Made by a program: the position numbers and the translations under genes. A stretch of 64,000 nt of DNA from Candidatus Collierbacteria bacterium UBA2277 (GTDB lineage: Bacteria > Patescibacteriota > Microgenomatia > UBA1400 > MFAQ01): contig DDWV01000001.1 in the NCBI GenBank assembly GCA_002347045.1, positions 223,381-287,380 on the forward strand, read 5' to 3'. This document shows positions 36,717-46,058 of the stretch, piece after piece. Position 1 is the first letter of the stretch. Each line of letters begins with the position of its first letter. The notes under the pieces were generated by a model, which worked only from the letters and a program-made list of their open reading frames with translations, had not been told where the DNA came from and searched no databases.

Positions 36717-37742
36717 TTAAATTATGGCTAACCAAATTCCAAATATCACTAGCATAATGCCGACAAGCCATGCTCTTTGAACGATTTTGGGTTCGGTCCA
36801 GCCAATTTTTAATAGATAGTAGTGAAGCGGAGCGATGGGAAGAAGACGTCTATGCAAAAGTTTGACACCAAGAATTTGAATAAGACTGCTAAGGCCATCA
36901 ACCAAGAAGGGCAGTCCTATTATGATAAGGGCTATTACTTTTCCTGTGAGGAGTCCAACAGTGGCAAAGGCTGCACCAAATGCCATGGCGCCAGCGTCTC
37001 CCAAAAATAATCTAGCCGGAAAAACATTGAAATATAAAAAGGCGATTATGCCACCCAACCAAAGGGCAATAAAAATTGATAAGGGAGTGTCCAAAATTGA
37101 GATCGATAGCAGAAGAAAACCAAAAAGACTAATCATTAACAAACCAGCTGCGAGGCCGTCCATGCCGTCGGTAATGTTTACAGCGTTGGTAAAAGTAACT
37201 ACTAACAACGCAGCAAGTGGAACAAACCAAAAACCAAAATGGATAACTCCAAAGAAAGGAATATGGATAATATCAATTCCCAGATTTATGTACATCATGG
37301 CTCCAATGATTAGGCCAAGAGTGATTTGCATCATAAATTTGTAACCAGTTTTTAGTCCGGTGTAGCCTCTTTGTCTGTCGAGCTCAAAAAATTTAATTAT
37401 GTCGTCGTAAAAACCTAATAGACCGAAAGAAATAAAGGTAAAGAAAATGATATTAATTTCATCGTTGATTGGATATACATGAGTGATTTCAAAACCTAAA
37501 AATCTAAGTGCGGGAAGAGAAAAGGCAAAAATTAAACTGGTAATAACCAGTATTAGTATTCCTCCTCCTTCTGGAGTGCGAGCTTTTGATCGAATATGAA
37601 CTGAGGCTTCATCTTTCTTCTCTTTGGATACCGCAGTGGAGCTTTTATAAAACTTTAGTTTGTAGAGAAAATTGATATATGGAACAATTACTAAGGAGTG
37701 AATTATAAAAGAGAAGATTAGTACTCCTAACAATAGATCCAT
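36717..37742 (-). CDS. mraY: Phospho-N-acetylmuramoyl-pentapeptide transferase MraY
   Basis: 'NAVNITDGMDGLAAG' and the 'HHFE'-region equivalents. 10 TM helices. Confidence 0.9.
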   Translation of the reverse strand: MDLLLGVLIFSFIIHSLVIVPYINFLYKLKFYKSSTAVSKEKKDEASVHIRSKARTPEGGGILILVITSLIFAFSLPALRFLGFEITHVYPINDEINIIFFTFISFGLLGFYDDIIKFFELDRQRGYTGLKTGYKFMMQITLGLIIGAMMYINLGIDIIHIPFFGVIHFGFWFVPLAALLVVTFTNAVNITDGMDGLAAGLLMISLFGFLLLSISILDTPLSIFIALWLGGIIAFLYFNVFPARLFLGDAGAMAFGAAFATVGLLTGKVIALIIIGLPFLVDGLSSLIQILGVKLLHRRLLPIAPLHYYLLKIGWTEPKIVQRAWLVGIMLVIFGIWLAII

Positions 37743-37744
37743 AA

Positions 37745-38113
37745 TTAAAGAATAGTTAGTATTTTTGGTAAAAAGATTAGCAAGGCGATGATCACTGAAA
37801 ATGATGCGGAAACAAGAACCATTCCGGCGGCGACATCTTTTGCTATTTTGGCATCAGTCCTTCTCTCGAGTGATATTAGATCTACCATGGCCTCGATAGA
37901 GGTGTTAAGCATCTCAGCCACGACAACCATGTTTATGGTGAATATCAAAATTAACCACTCTGTCATTGAAATTGAGAGGTAAATTCCTAAGATAACAACA
38001 GCTGATGAAGCTAAAAGATGAAAGCGAAAGTTTGGCTGAGTACGAACCGAGTGTAAAAAACCATCAAGTGCGTGTTTAAAACTTACTCTGTGGATCCTAA
38101 ATGGATTTTGCAT
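37745..38113 (-). CDS. dgkA: DgkA-family lipid kinase (diacylglycerol/undecaprenol kinase)
   Basis: 122 aa, 3 TM helices, 'SIEAMVDLISLERRTDAKIAKDVAAGMVL' DgkA motif. Confidence 0.7.
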   Translation of the reverse strand: MQNPFRIHRVSFKHALDGFLHSVRTQPNFRFHLLASSAVVILGIYLSISMTEWLILIFTINMVVVAEMLNTSIEAMVDLISLERRTDAKIAKDVAAGMVLVSASFSVIIALLIFLPKILTIL

Positions 38114-38141
38114 GTTTAGTCTATTTTACCAGTGTTATCTT

Positions 38142-39818
38142 TTATAGCAAAAGTTGTTTTGCTATTGCAAACCAAAGAGGAGCGGCTGTCTCTGACCCCC
38201 ATGGGGAAGTTTTTGGCTCTTTTAGAGTAACCAACATCGTGTATTCAGGGTCGTTTGCGGGAAAAAAGCCCACAAAACTAGCTATTGTTTTTTCTGGATC
38301 ATAGTGTCCTTCAATCGGAATCTGTGCTGTACCTGTTTTGCCTGCAACTACTAGCCCTCGAGGCTTGGCCCACTTTGCTTCTCCGCTGTCTACTGCTTGG
38401 ATCATTATCTGAGTCATTTCATTTGCAGCTTCTGGTGAGATGACCCTTCTTGATCGTCCTTTTTCACCTTTGATAATGGTTGGCTCTAGATAGACTCCTC
38501 CATTTGCAATAGTGTTTACGGCTGAAACCATCTGAATTGGGGTAACAGCGATTCCTTGACCAAAGGAATTTGTTGCGAGGTCTATCTCACCATAGTCTTT
38601 GGCTTTTCTAATCGAGCCAGATACTTCCTCCTGAAGCTGAATCCCAGTCTTTTTACCAAGACCGTATTTCCCTAAATACTCTGCAAATTTGTCTTTTCCA
38701 AGTTTTCTGGCGACGAAAACCATTCCGGTGTTGTCGGAGTTTATGATTGTTTCTGCCATGGTAGTGTTCGGATGATACTGATCGTTCCACGTTTTGATAG
38801 CATATTTTCCTATCAGCAAAGGACTGGCACAGATATCGCATTCAGTTTCAGGAGTAACAACCTTTTCATTTAGACCAGCAGCCATAACAAGAACCTTAAA
38901 CACTGATCCTGGCTCAAAAAGGTCCGCTACAATAGGATTTTTGTAGGTAGTGTTTGGGAACTTAGAAAATATACCTGGGTCATAGTTTGGAAATGAAGCC
39001 ATGGCGACAACATTTCCAGTTTTAGATTCAATTATGGTGACATTTCCGGCTGATGCTTGATACTTTTCCAGACCCTCTTTTAGCAAGGTCTCAGTAAGGA
39101 ACTGGATTTTTTTGCTGATCGTGGTAGTTATTGACTTTCCTTCTATAGCATGAAGAAATTGGTAGTTTCCAATTAAAATCGGATCACCTTTTGCATCATT
39201 TTCAGTTCTTATCTTTCCGGCTCTCCCTTTCAGGAGCCTGTCTCCATAACCTTCAATTCCAAAGTATCCTTGTTCTTGCCCAGCAGCATCCTGACCAACA
39301 AACCCCAAAAGATGTGCCGACATGCTTGCTTCTGGATAGAAACGGACGTACTCGTCCTCAAAACCAAGTCCATCTATAGACATACTTTGGATTGTCTCTT
39401 TTGCTTCTGGAGATAAGTAGTGTTTTAGTGAAACCCAGCTTGCATTAAGTGAAAGCCTACTTTTCAAGTAAGCTCTTAAATCATCGCTTGAAGTAGCTTC
39501 AAGCTCTATGCTTAGTGTCTCTATTAGTTTGTCAATGAGTTCAGAGCTGCTAATCTCAAGTTGGGGCTTATAAACAAACAAGTGATACAGATTTTTTGTC
39601 CCAGCGAGTATGTTTCCATCTCTGTCGAGAATACTGCCTCTTTTGGCCTCTAGGTATGTAGTCGATTCATGCTGACGGCTGGCCAAAGTTTGTAGTTCTG
39701 GACCACGAATAATCTGCCAGTAAAATAGTCGACATAAAATAGCAAATCCAATTACAGGTACTAACAAAATAACAATTTTTAGCCTCTTCTGAGTAAGACT
39801 GCCAGAGTTTTTCGACAT
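38142..39818 (-). CDS. ftsI: Penicillin-binding protein 2/3-type transpeptidase (FtsI)
   Basis: N-terminal TM helix, SxxK 'GSVFK', SxN 'SDNTG', KTGT 'AGKTGTAQ'. Confidence 0.85.
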   Translation of the reverse strand: MSKNSGSLTQKRLKIVILLVPVIGFAILCRLFYWQIIRGPELQTLASRQHESTTYLEAKRGSILDRDGNILAGTKNLYHLFVYKPQLEISSSELIDKLIETLSIELEATSSDDLRAYLKSRLSLNASWVSLKHYLSPEAKETIQSMSIDGLGFEDEYVRFYPEASMSAHLLGFVGQDAAGQEQGYFGIEGYGDRLLKGRAGKIRTENDAKGDPILIGNYQFLHAIEGKSITTTISKKIQFLTETLLKEGLEKYQASAGNVTIIESKTGNVVAMASFPNYDPGIFSKFPNTTYKNPIVADLFEPGSVFKVLVMAAGLNEKVVTPETECDICASPLLIGKYAIKTWNDQYHPNTTMAETIINSDNTGMVFVARKLGKDKFAEYLGKYGLGKKTGIQLQEEVSGSIRKAKDYGEIDLATNSFGQGIAVTPIQMVSAVNTIANGGVYLEPTIIKGEKGRSRRVISPEAANEMTQIMIQAVDSGEAKWAKPRGLVVAGKTGTAQIPIEGHYDPEKTIASFVGFFPANDPEYTMLVTLKEPKTSPWGSETAAPLWFAIAKQLLL

Positions 39819-39821
39819 TTT

Positions 39822-40130
39822 TTATCTTTGGGCAAATGTGTGCGGGGTTGGGACGAACACGATGTGGTTTGATCTGATGAAACCTCGTTCAATAGCCATT
39901 TTTTCAATGTTTTTAAGTTGAACAGCTTCCTCGATCTTAACAGATAACATTTGGTTTTCTTTTTCGAGCTTAAGAGTTTTTGTCTCGGCTTCGCTTACGG
40001 TTATTCCTTCTGTTGCGAGAGAGTTTGTGCCTATAAGATTTAGAGCTGAGACTACAACAAAACACACCGCAGTAACACTGAGGGCAGTTTGATAGTTAAT
40101 TAATTTTTTTAGCGATCCTAAGTTTGGCAC
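39822..40130 (-). CDS. ftsL: FtsL-like cell division protein
   Basis: 102 aa with a single TM helix plus coiled coil. It lies between rsmH and ftsI. Confidence 0.5.
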   Translation of the reverse strand: MPNLGSLKKLINYQTALSVTAVCFVVVSALNLIGTNSLATEGITVSEAETKTLKLEKENQMLSVKIEEAVQLKNIEKMAIERGFIRSNHIVFVPTPHTFAQR

Positions 40131-41028
40131 TTCTTGTTCTTGGACTGATTAATAACTCTGATTTAGAAGGAACGATTGGCTTTTTGGTTACCTCAGCTAA
40201 TAAACCTGCCTCTATCTGACTCGTTAAGTATTCTTTTACTAGTTTGTCTTCACCAGAGTGAAAACTTATTACTCCGAGAAGTCCATCTTTTTTTAGAATA
40301 CCTTGCAACTGAGGGAGAAGAAGACTTATATTCTCTCTTTCAAGATTTACAACCATACGTAAAGCCATAAACACCTGAGTAGCTGGGTGTATCTTCCCCG
40401 GACGGCCTTTTTTGACTTTGTAGACAATGTCAGCAAGCTGTTTTGTGGTTTTTATTGGATTAGCCTGTCTTTGCTTGACGATGATTCTGGCAAGAGGTTT
40501 GGCAAATGGCTCATCACCTAACATGAACAGCTCAGATAGCTCACCCTCGTTGAGAACGGCAAGAAGATCTGCCGCGGTAACGCCAAGATTCTTATCCAAA
40601 CGCATATCCAAAGGTTCATCGATAGCAAAACTAAAGCCTCTGTCTGGAGAAAGAACTTGGTACTGAGATGGTCCGAGATCCGCCATGATTCCGTCTACTT
40701 TTGGAAGCTGTAACTTCTTGAATATCTCCCCCACTTTGACAAAATTTCCCCTTATGACTATCCAAGAAAAATCTTTTGGAGCAGGAAGGCTTATCAACTC
40801 AGAGTCAAAAACCAAAGGTGAGTATTTTTCTGGGACAAACTCTACAGCTCTTTTGATTGCCTCATGATCGATGTCAAATGAAATCACTTTACAGCCGGCG
40901 TCTAAAGCTTCTTGAGTGTGACCTCCGTCACCTAGAGTTAAGTCTAAAAAGGTGTAGTCATTTTTGAAGCCGAAAAGATCCTTTAGTTCTCCCTTGAAAG
41001 CTGAAAAGTGTCTTTCTATTTTTGTCAT
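40096..41028 (-). CDS. rsmH: 16S rRNA (cytosine1402-N4)-methyltransferase RsmH
   Basis: 'FLDLTLGDGGHT' and 'ISFHSGEDK' motifs. Confidence 0.9.
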   Translation of the reverse strand: MTKIERHFSAFKGELKDLFGFKNDYTFLDLTLGDGGHTQEALDAGCKVISFDIDHEAIKRAVEFVPEKYSPLVFDSELISLPAPKDFSWIVIRGNFVKVGEIFKKLQLPKVDGIMADLGPSQYQVLSPDRGFSFAIDEPLDMRLDKNLGVTAADLLAVLNEGELSELFMLGDEPFAKPLARIIVKQRQANPIKTTKQLADIVYKVKKGRPGKIHPATQVFMALRMVVNLERENISLLLPQLQGILKKDGLLGVISFHSGEDKLVKEYLTSQIEAGLLAEVTKKPIVPSKSELLISPRTRSAKLRIAKKIN

Positions 41029-41456
41029 ATATTTAATTCGGCTAGACCTTGGTCTGTTTGACTGATTGTCTGTGTTATTGTGTCGAGGTGTTCGTGATAG
41101 GCATCTCTATCCCAGATTTCAACTCTGGTAAGGGTTCCTGCGACGACCACTTGTTTTTTTAAATTGACCTGATCTCTCAGGTGTTCTGGAATCAATGTTC
41201 TCCCCTGACTGTCGAGATTCAACTCCACTGCTGACTGAACCAAAAGACGCGTTAAGTTCCTGGCCGCTGGATTTGTAAGGGACAGAGAGGCCAGCTTTTC
41301 GGAAAGTTTCTGCCAGTATGATTCTGGAAAAAGAAATAGGCACCCATCTAGACCCCATGTGATTACGCCACCTAATGCTAGTTCTTGCCTGAAGGCCTGA
41401 GGAATAGCTAATCTTCCCTTGGATTCTAGATTGTGGTAGTAGCGTCCAGTAAACAT
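41025..41456 (-). CDS. mraZ: Transcriptional regulator MraZ
   Basis: Two DXXXR repeats 'LESKGRLAIP' and 'LDSQGRTLIP'. Confidence 0.85.
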   Translation of the reverse strand: MFTGRYYHNLESKGRLAIPQAFRQELALGGVITWGLDGCLFLFPESYWQKLSEKLASLSLTNPAARNLTRLLVQSAVELNLDSQGRTLIPEHLRDQVNLKKQVVVAGTLTRVEIWDRDAYHEHLDTITQTISQTDQGLAELNI

Positions 41457-41483
41457 AGTTCATATTTTGGGTTACAAATAGTG

Positions 41484-41545
41484 ATTATAGGTTACTTCAC
41501 CACTTGTCACCACTTTTCAGTATGATACACAATATATAGCATGTC
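41484..41545 (-). promoter_or_regulatory. mraZ promoter region with tandem AAGTGGTGA direct repeats (candidate MraZ boxes)
   Basis: Minus-strand read TTGACA-N17-CATACT GAAAAGTGGTGACAAGTGGTGAAGTAACC TATAAT. The repeats at 41497-41515 have a 10-bp period and overlap the -35 of the proximal promoter. Confidence 0.4.
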
Positions 41546-41612
41546 AAGGGGTGTGTAAAGAGGGTGTGAAAAGATATTTTGGTGAGAAATCATATATATA
41601 GTAAGATGAACT

Positions 41613-42725
41613 ATGGAAAACAAGACCCCTTCCGAAGAAATGGTTATTGAAACCAAACTTGAAACTGTACCTGAGGCAGAAGAGATAAAAATGAAACCAC
41701 CAATTAGAGCTGGTTCGGTTGTAGTTGCTATATTAGTTTTACTGGTGATTGTTTTGGGAATTGCCGTCTTTGCCTTGAGCAAGCGTGTAAATGAAACTTC
41801 TAGCACCCAAGACACAGATATTTCTGAGAGTCAGAGTGACAAAAAGATAGACACCTCAAACTGGAAAACGTACAGTGACCCAAAAATTGGATTCTCTTTT
41901 AAATATCCCGACACTGTTCTAATTAATGATGAGTCGGGAAACACTGACAAACTTATACTATACGTATCATCAGAAAAACTATCTGATATTCCTGATGTGC
42001 TACCTTTGCGAATGGGTCGACTGGACTTACTTGAGGAAAGAGACCGGTTGACAAAAGGTGAGGGAGAGGGACTTATAAAGATCGGGGGTCTATACGGCCA
42101 GACATCAACAATACTATCTCAATTTGAAGTTTGTAGTGTGATATTTTCAAAAAACATGACGTTCTATCCTGGAGCGTATCATGTGAGGCTAAGTCTAAGT
42201 GGTCCAAAAAATGAAATCATGGCTGATATGCCAGATTTTTTTACTACTGATCCTGAAAATTGTGGAACAAGTAAAACTTGGAATTTCGACCGAATGTCGG
42301 TGTTTGAATCTACACTGGCTGACAACAAAGGAGCTGGTATGGGTCAGACTTGGTACAACACTTTTTACGATATTTTAGACACACTAGAACAAGCTACACC
42401 AGTCTTAACTGCAGGCGATGAGACCTTATATTCAAACGAAAAGTATGGCTTTACATTGACACACAGCAATCAATTCAAAGTATTGACTGATAAGGACAAT
42501 CTTTATGGATATCCAAATGGAGTAGCTTTAATCTACAAAGGTGGCCAAGCATACGACATAGTAATTGAAGCTTGGGACTCTCAGTTGGCTTATGAACAAG
42601 CTCATTCTGGAAACTTGGCAAACGTAACAGCTTTCGAAAGCAAAGGGAAATTCATCACTTTTTACAACAATACTGAGTCTCCAGATAACAAGAAAATTAT
42701 CGACTCGGTGAAGATATCGCCTTAA
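41613..42725 (+). CDS. Hypothetical membrane-anchored protein
   Basis: Acidic N-terminus, single TM helix 'VVVAILVLLVIVLGIAVFAL', Ser/Thr-rich linker. Confidence 0.45.
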   Translation: MENKTPSEEMVIETKLETVPEAEEIKMKPPIRAGSVVVAILVLLVIVLGIAVFALSKRVNETSSTQDTDISESQSDKKIDTSNWKTYSDPKIGFSFKYPDTVLINDESGNTDKLILYVSSEKLSDIPDVLPLRMGRLDLLEERDRLTKGEGEGLIKIGGLYGQTSTILSQFEVCSVIFSKNMTFYPGAYHVRLSLSGPKNEIMADMPDFFTTDPENCGTSKTWNFDRMSVFESTLADNKGAGMGQTWYNTFYDILDTLEQATPVLTAGDETLYSNEKYGFTLTHSNQFKVLTDKDNLYGYPNGVALIYKGGQAYDIVIEAWDSQLAYEQAHSGNLANVTAFESKGKFITFYNNTESPDNKKIIDSVKISP

Positions 42726-42731
42726 TGTAAG

Positions 42732-43568
42732 TTATTTATAAAGAACAATTGGGCCAAGAAGATAAAGGTCTAGCGATTCTTTGGATCCTTTTTCATCGTC
42801 GCGAGTAATTTCAGCTTTCATTGACCATGGCTTATTGTTGATAGAAAAGGTCAGAACACCATCCTTTTCTGTGTACTTTAAGTTTTTATATGACTGGCCG
42901 TCGTATATGGAGGCTGAAGTAACACCTGACTGGTTTATGGAAAGAGAACCGACAATGTTTTTATTACTTACAGATGAGATAACAACTGGATAAAGAAGCG
43001 TTTCTCCGTCTACTGCCTTTGGAAGCCCAAAGGAATTTAGAAGTATTAAGTTGTCCTTGGCTGTTGCTTTTGAGGGAGTAAAGATTACTTTTCCATCCGG
43101 TAAGTTGTTTTGGCCTGTGACGAAGGCAAAGTCCCCTTTTAGAACATGAGTAACATTTTGTCCGCTGAAGTTGAGTTTGAACTTCATGGTACCGGACTTA
43201 AGATCAGTATCAAAGGAACATTTTCCACCCGTGGAACAACTTCCAAGAATGATAGCCTTCATGTAAGGGTTCGCGATAGGGGTTTCTAAAGTAGACTTGA
43301 TACCTTTTAGTAAATCACCAGACTGATACTCCAGGTCGAGTGCGGCTGACTTTGATTTATCCGCGTTTATGGCGACAAAAGTAAATAGCTTATTTGTAGA
43401 GTGAGGAACTAGCACTGTAAAGGGCCTTTCTGAAAGAGCAAGCTCGTTTACCAAGAGCTTAGTGCCGGATGTTGGAGTTTCGGTATCTGTTGAGGCAGTC
43501 TTTTTCCCCCCACAAGCCGAGAGAAGTATAGCAAAAATAAATATTGGTAAAAGTCTTTTTATTTTCAT
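42732..43568 (-). CDS. Lipoprotein, hypothetical
   Basis: Signal peptide plus lipobox 'LLSACGG'. Confidence 0.55.
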   Translation of the reverse strand: MKIKRLLPIFIFAILLSACGGKKTASTDTETPTSGTKLLVNELALSERPFTVLVPHSTNKLFTFVAINADKSKSAALDLEYQSGDLLKGIKSTLETPIANPYMKAIILGSCSTGGKCSFDTDLKSGTMKFKLNFSGQNVTHVLKGDFAFVTGQNNLPDGKVIFTPSKATAKDNLILLNSFGLPKAVDGETLLYPVVISSVSNKNIVGSLSINQSGVTSASIYDGQSYKNLKYTEKDGVLTFSINNKPWSMKAEITRDDEKGSKESLDLYLLGPIVLYK

Positions 43569-43610
43569 ATGTTGTTTGATTATTGCAGTTTTTAGCCCCA
43601 GACGTCAAGC

Positions 43611-44150
43611 TTATCTAAATTTTGGGCTAATTAATTTTTTGCTAATTATGGTTTCAAAGTATGAGGTAAGGTTTGCAGATTCTGACATCTTTGGAGTTGG
43701 ATAACCGAGATGGCGGAGAATAAATAAGCCAAATTTTCTACCCAAACGGTTAATTTCTCTTTGACCCTCAGATTTTTCAACCGCATCTAAAAATGACCTA
43801 AGAGAAAGGTATATCTCCTTGTCTTCAACTTCAGCAGGAAGAGTGGACGTTAGTATTTCTACTATGGTAAAAGAGATGTTTATCTTTGAGAAATTTGTCT
43901 TAATTTTTGGATAATAAAAAATAGACTCTACTTGATCTAAAAATCTTGGACTATCTCCCCTACTGGCTTGAAACTTTACAATATTTAGGAGATCTAGATG
44001 TGGAGATTTTTTAGATGTGATTCTTCTAGCTCCCCTGGCAACAAAATGGGACAGTCCATGCTGCTCAGTTAGAATAGAGACGTATTTATCTGCTTCACCT
44101 GAGTCCACTGACCGAACAACAATCCCCGTATCAGAGTATGAGGAGTTCAT
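43611..44150 (-). CDS. recO: RecO-like DNA repair protein (short, 179 aa)
   Basis: N-terminal OB-fold motif 'TGIVVRSVDSGEADKYVSILTEQHG'. Confidence 0.45.
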   Translation of the reverse strand: MNSSYSDTGIVVRSVDSGEADKYVSILTEQHGLSHFVARGARRITSKKSPHLDLLNIVKFQASRGDSPRFLDQVESIFYYPKIKTNFSKINISFTIVEILTSTLPAEVEDKEIYLSLRSFLDAVEKSEGQREINRLGRKFGLFILRHLGYPTPKMSESANLTSYFETIISKKLISPKFR

Positions 44151-44156
44151 CTTGGT

Positions 44157-46058
44157 CTAATTTAGAATTACTTCTTGATCTTGATCTAGCTCTAAGACAG
44201 TCTCGTGTCCATTGAAGATGATTGTGTGCTTTATGGCCGGTGTTCCAGGCTGTTTCTGAATAAGCATTCTATAAATAGACAGATCTAAAGCTGGAAGTTC
44301 GTATTTGAAGACAATTTTACTTTGGCTTTGTGGACGCATAGTAAAGAAAGCTTCAAAGACTGTTTTGTCTAAATCTTCAGAAACTGTCTCTTTTACTTCA
44401 GAACCAACTACTGAGATTAAATTACTACCTTTTGGAACAAAGAGTCGAATGTAGTCACGATATGTGCCATTTAGACATAGTTTTCCTGCCTCAAGATTAC
44501 AGTTGTCTCCTTTTGTGGGATTGCTATAACTGATACTAACTGTTTTTGTAACAATACCGTTTGAGAGCTCAATTTCTTGTTCAACTTCACGAGTGATAAA
44601 CATGTCCGTCTTGGCGCCTCCAAGGTTAGCATCGTTAACGTGAAGATAGTCATAATCGTAAGAGGTAATTCTTCCTGCGGCGTTGAAATCTTCGGCGACC
44701 TTTTGGGTCTCGTCCTCAAAGAAGTAAAAGAGTAGATGTTTTTGCTTGATAGAGTCAAGCGCAACATTTAGAAGTTTTGGCCAAAGGTGTTTTGGACTTC
44801 CCATGGCGTTTGCCATCATTGAGTGCATAAGGGGTCCAAGGACAGTCTTTCGCCCAGTTCTAATGGTGTTTGTTGGCCTGTCAACGATTTCTTCCAAAGC
44901 ATACACCACCTGAGGACAGTTACATCGAGGATCTATCTCTGCACTGAAGTTCCCCCAACCGCCGACTCCAATTGGCCCTATCACTTTTAATATTTCGACT
45001 GGAAGCTGGGTGTCAATGGCGATAATTCCGTCGGGACGAATCATACCGGGGATGTCGTTGTAGTACTTGGTGAATGTGTCCATGGAAACTTTAAAGTCCG
45101 GTGACATGTTTGCGTTGCGTAGGTTTAAGTAGGTCTCGTTTAGATACTTTTTGATGGCGTCTGGAGCGGGAACCTTTTTTGTAAATCGTGCATCAAGGTC
45201 GTATATGTCATATGAGGAAAGTAAGTCTATCTTTCCTTTGGAAACCTTCATAAAAGAATAGGCAGTAAGGAAGCCTCCTGTGGGTCTTAACTCGGCGTCA
45301 TTTTGAAACAAAATCATGTATGTTTTTGGATCAGGGTTACCAAGTAAATCAGGGAGAAGCTTGATGAGTGGTTTTGCTTGAGTTAGTAGCTGGGCAGACT
45401 CCCCTATGGTTGACTTTACGGAAGTAATTTTGCTACGTACCTGTTTACCTCTTATTTCTTTGGGGTATCTGTTTTCGTCGATCATGGCAAGTTCTTTTTG
45501 AGCCATCTCCATTTCGGCACCAACCTTGTCTAGGTCAGGGCTAATCAAGTCTAAAGTCTGAGCCATAAAAACAATTCTGTCTTCGATAGACTGTGCTTTT
45601 GGTAATTCTCCGGAAGGGGTGGCTTCGTCAGTTTTAAAGCCTAGCAAGTCCGCGTACGGAGAGACTGAGACAATAAGTATGTCGACTGCTGTAGCAAGTG
45701 ACTTGCTGGCGTTGATTGCACGCTGTCCATCTTTTGAGTAATTTCCCAAAAGAGGAATGGCAAAGGTCCAGCGAACTTTCTGATACTTTGAGTCGAGATT
45801 GTCTATTTGTTCGGAAAGAGTTTTTACTTCAGTCTTGGCTTGAGCTAAGTCTTGATTTTGAAAGGCCTCAGAAAGTCGTCCTCCAGTAGCCTGCATATCT
45901 GCGACTGATGGCATAAGAGACTTTGCGGTGAAGTATCCATACGTTCCTGTAACAATTACAAGTAGCAAGACTACAGCTAACGGGATAAAAAAGTATAAGT
46001 ATTTCTTCTTCAAAAAGCTTAGAACGTTCTTTATTGTCATTTTTATTTTTGTTACCAT
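44157..46058 (-). CDS. DUF4012-domain membrane-anchored protein
   Basis: N-terminal TM helix and 'FQNDAELRPTGGFLTAYSF' motif. It overlaps the downstream sugar transferase gene by 7 nt. Confidence 0.55.
   Translation of the reverse strand: MVTKIKMTIKNVLSFLKKKYLYFFIPLAVVLLLVIVTGTYGYFTAKSLMPSVADMQATGGRLSEAFQNQDLAQAKTEVKTLSEQIDNLDSKYQKVRWTFAIPLLGNYSKDGQRAINASKSLATAVDILIVSVSPYADLLGFKTDEATPSGELPKAQSIEDRIVFMAQTLDLISPDLDKVGAEMEMAQKELAMIDENRYPKEIRGKQVRSKITSVKSTIGESAQLLTQAKPLIKLLPDLLGNPDPKTYMILFQNDAELRPTGGFLTAYSFMKVSKGKIDLLSSYDIYDLDARFTKKVPAPDAIKKYLNETYLNLRNANMSPDFKVSMDTFTKYYNDIPGMIRPDGIIAIDTQLPVEILKVIGPIGVGGWGNFSAEIDPRCNCPQVVYALEEIVDRPTNTIRTGRKTVLGPLMHSMMANAMGSPKHLWPKLLNVALDSIKQKHLLFYFFEDETQKVAEDFNAAGRITSYDYDYLHVNDANLGGAKTDMFITREVEQEIELSNGIVTKTVSISYSNPTKGDNCNLEAGKLCLNGTYRDYIRLFVPKGSNLISVVGSEVKETVSEDLDKTVFEAFFTMRPQSQSKIVFKYELPALDLSIYRMLIQKQPGTPAIKHTIIFNGHETVLELDQDQEVILN

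Noticed and set aside
36922-37344. 140-aa plus-strand ORF antisense to mraY
   Set aside because: mraY on the minus strand is unequivocal. The antisense ORF is Pro/Lys/Arg-rich noise.
41119-41463. 114-aa ORF in an alternative frame on the minus strand overlapping mraZ
   Set aside because: The mraZ frame carries clear MraZ DXXXR repeats. The alternative frame is Ser/Arg-rich with no features and is most likely a shadow ORF.
41545-41570. GGGTGTG direct repeat with 14-bp spacing on the plus strand upstream of the 41613 gene
   Set aside because: Only two copies with non-helical phasing. It may simply be part of the distal mraZ promoter region read on the other strand.
41507-41815. 102-aa minus-strand ORF covering the mraZ promoter region and the 5' end of the 41613 gene
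   Set aside because: It spans a divergent intergenic region with promoter elements and overlaps a plus-strand gene. It has no SD and is hydrophobic, low-complexity.
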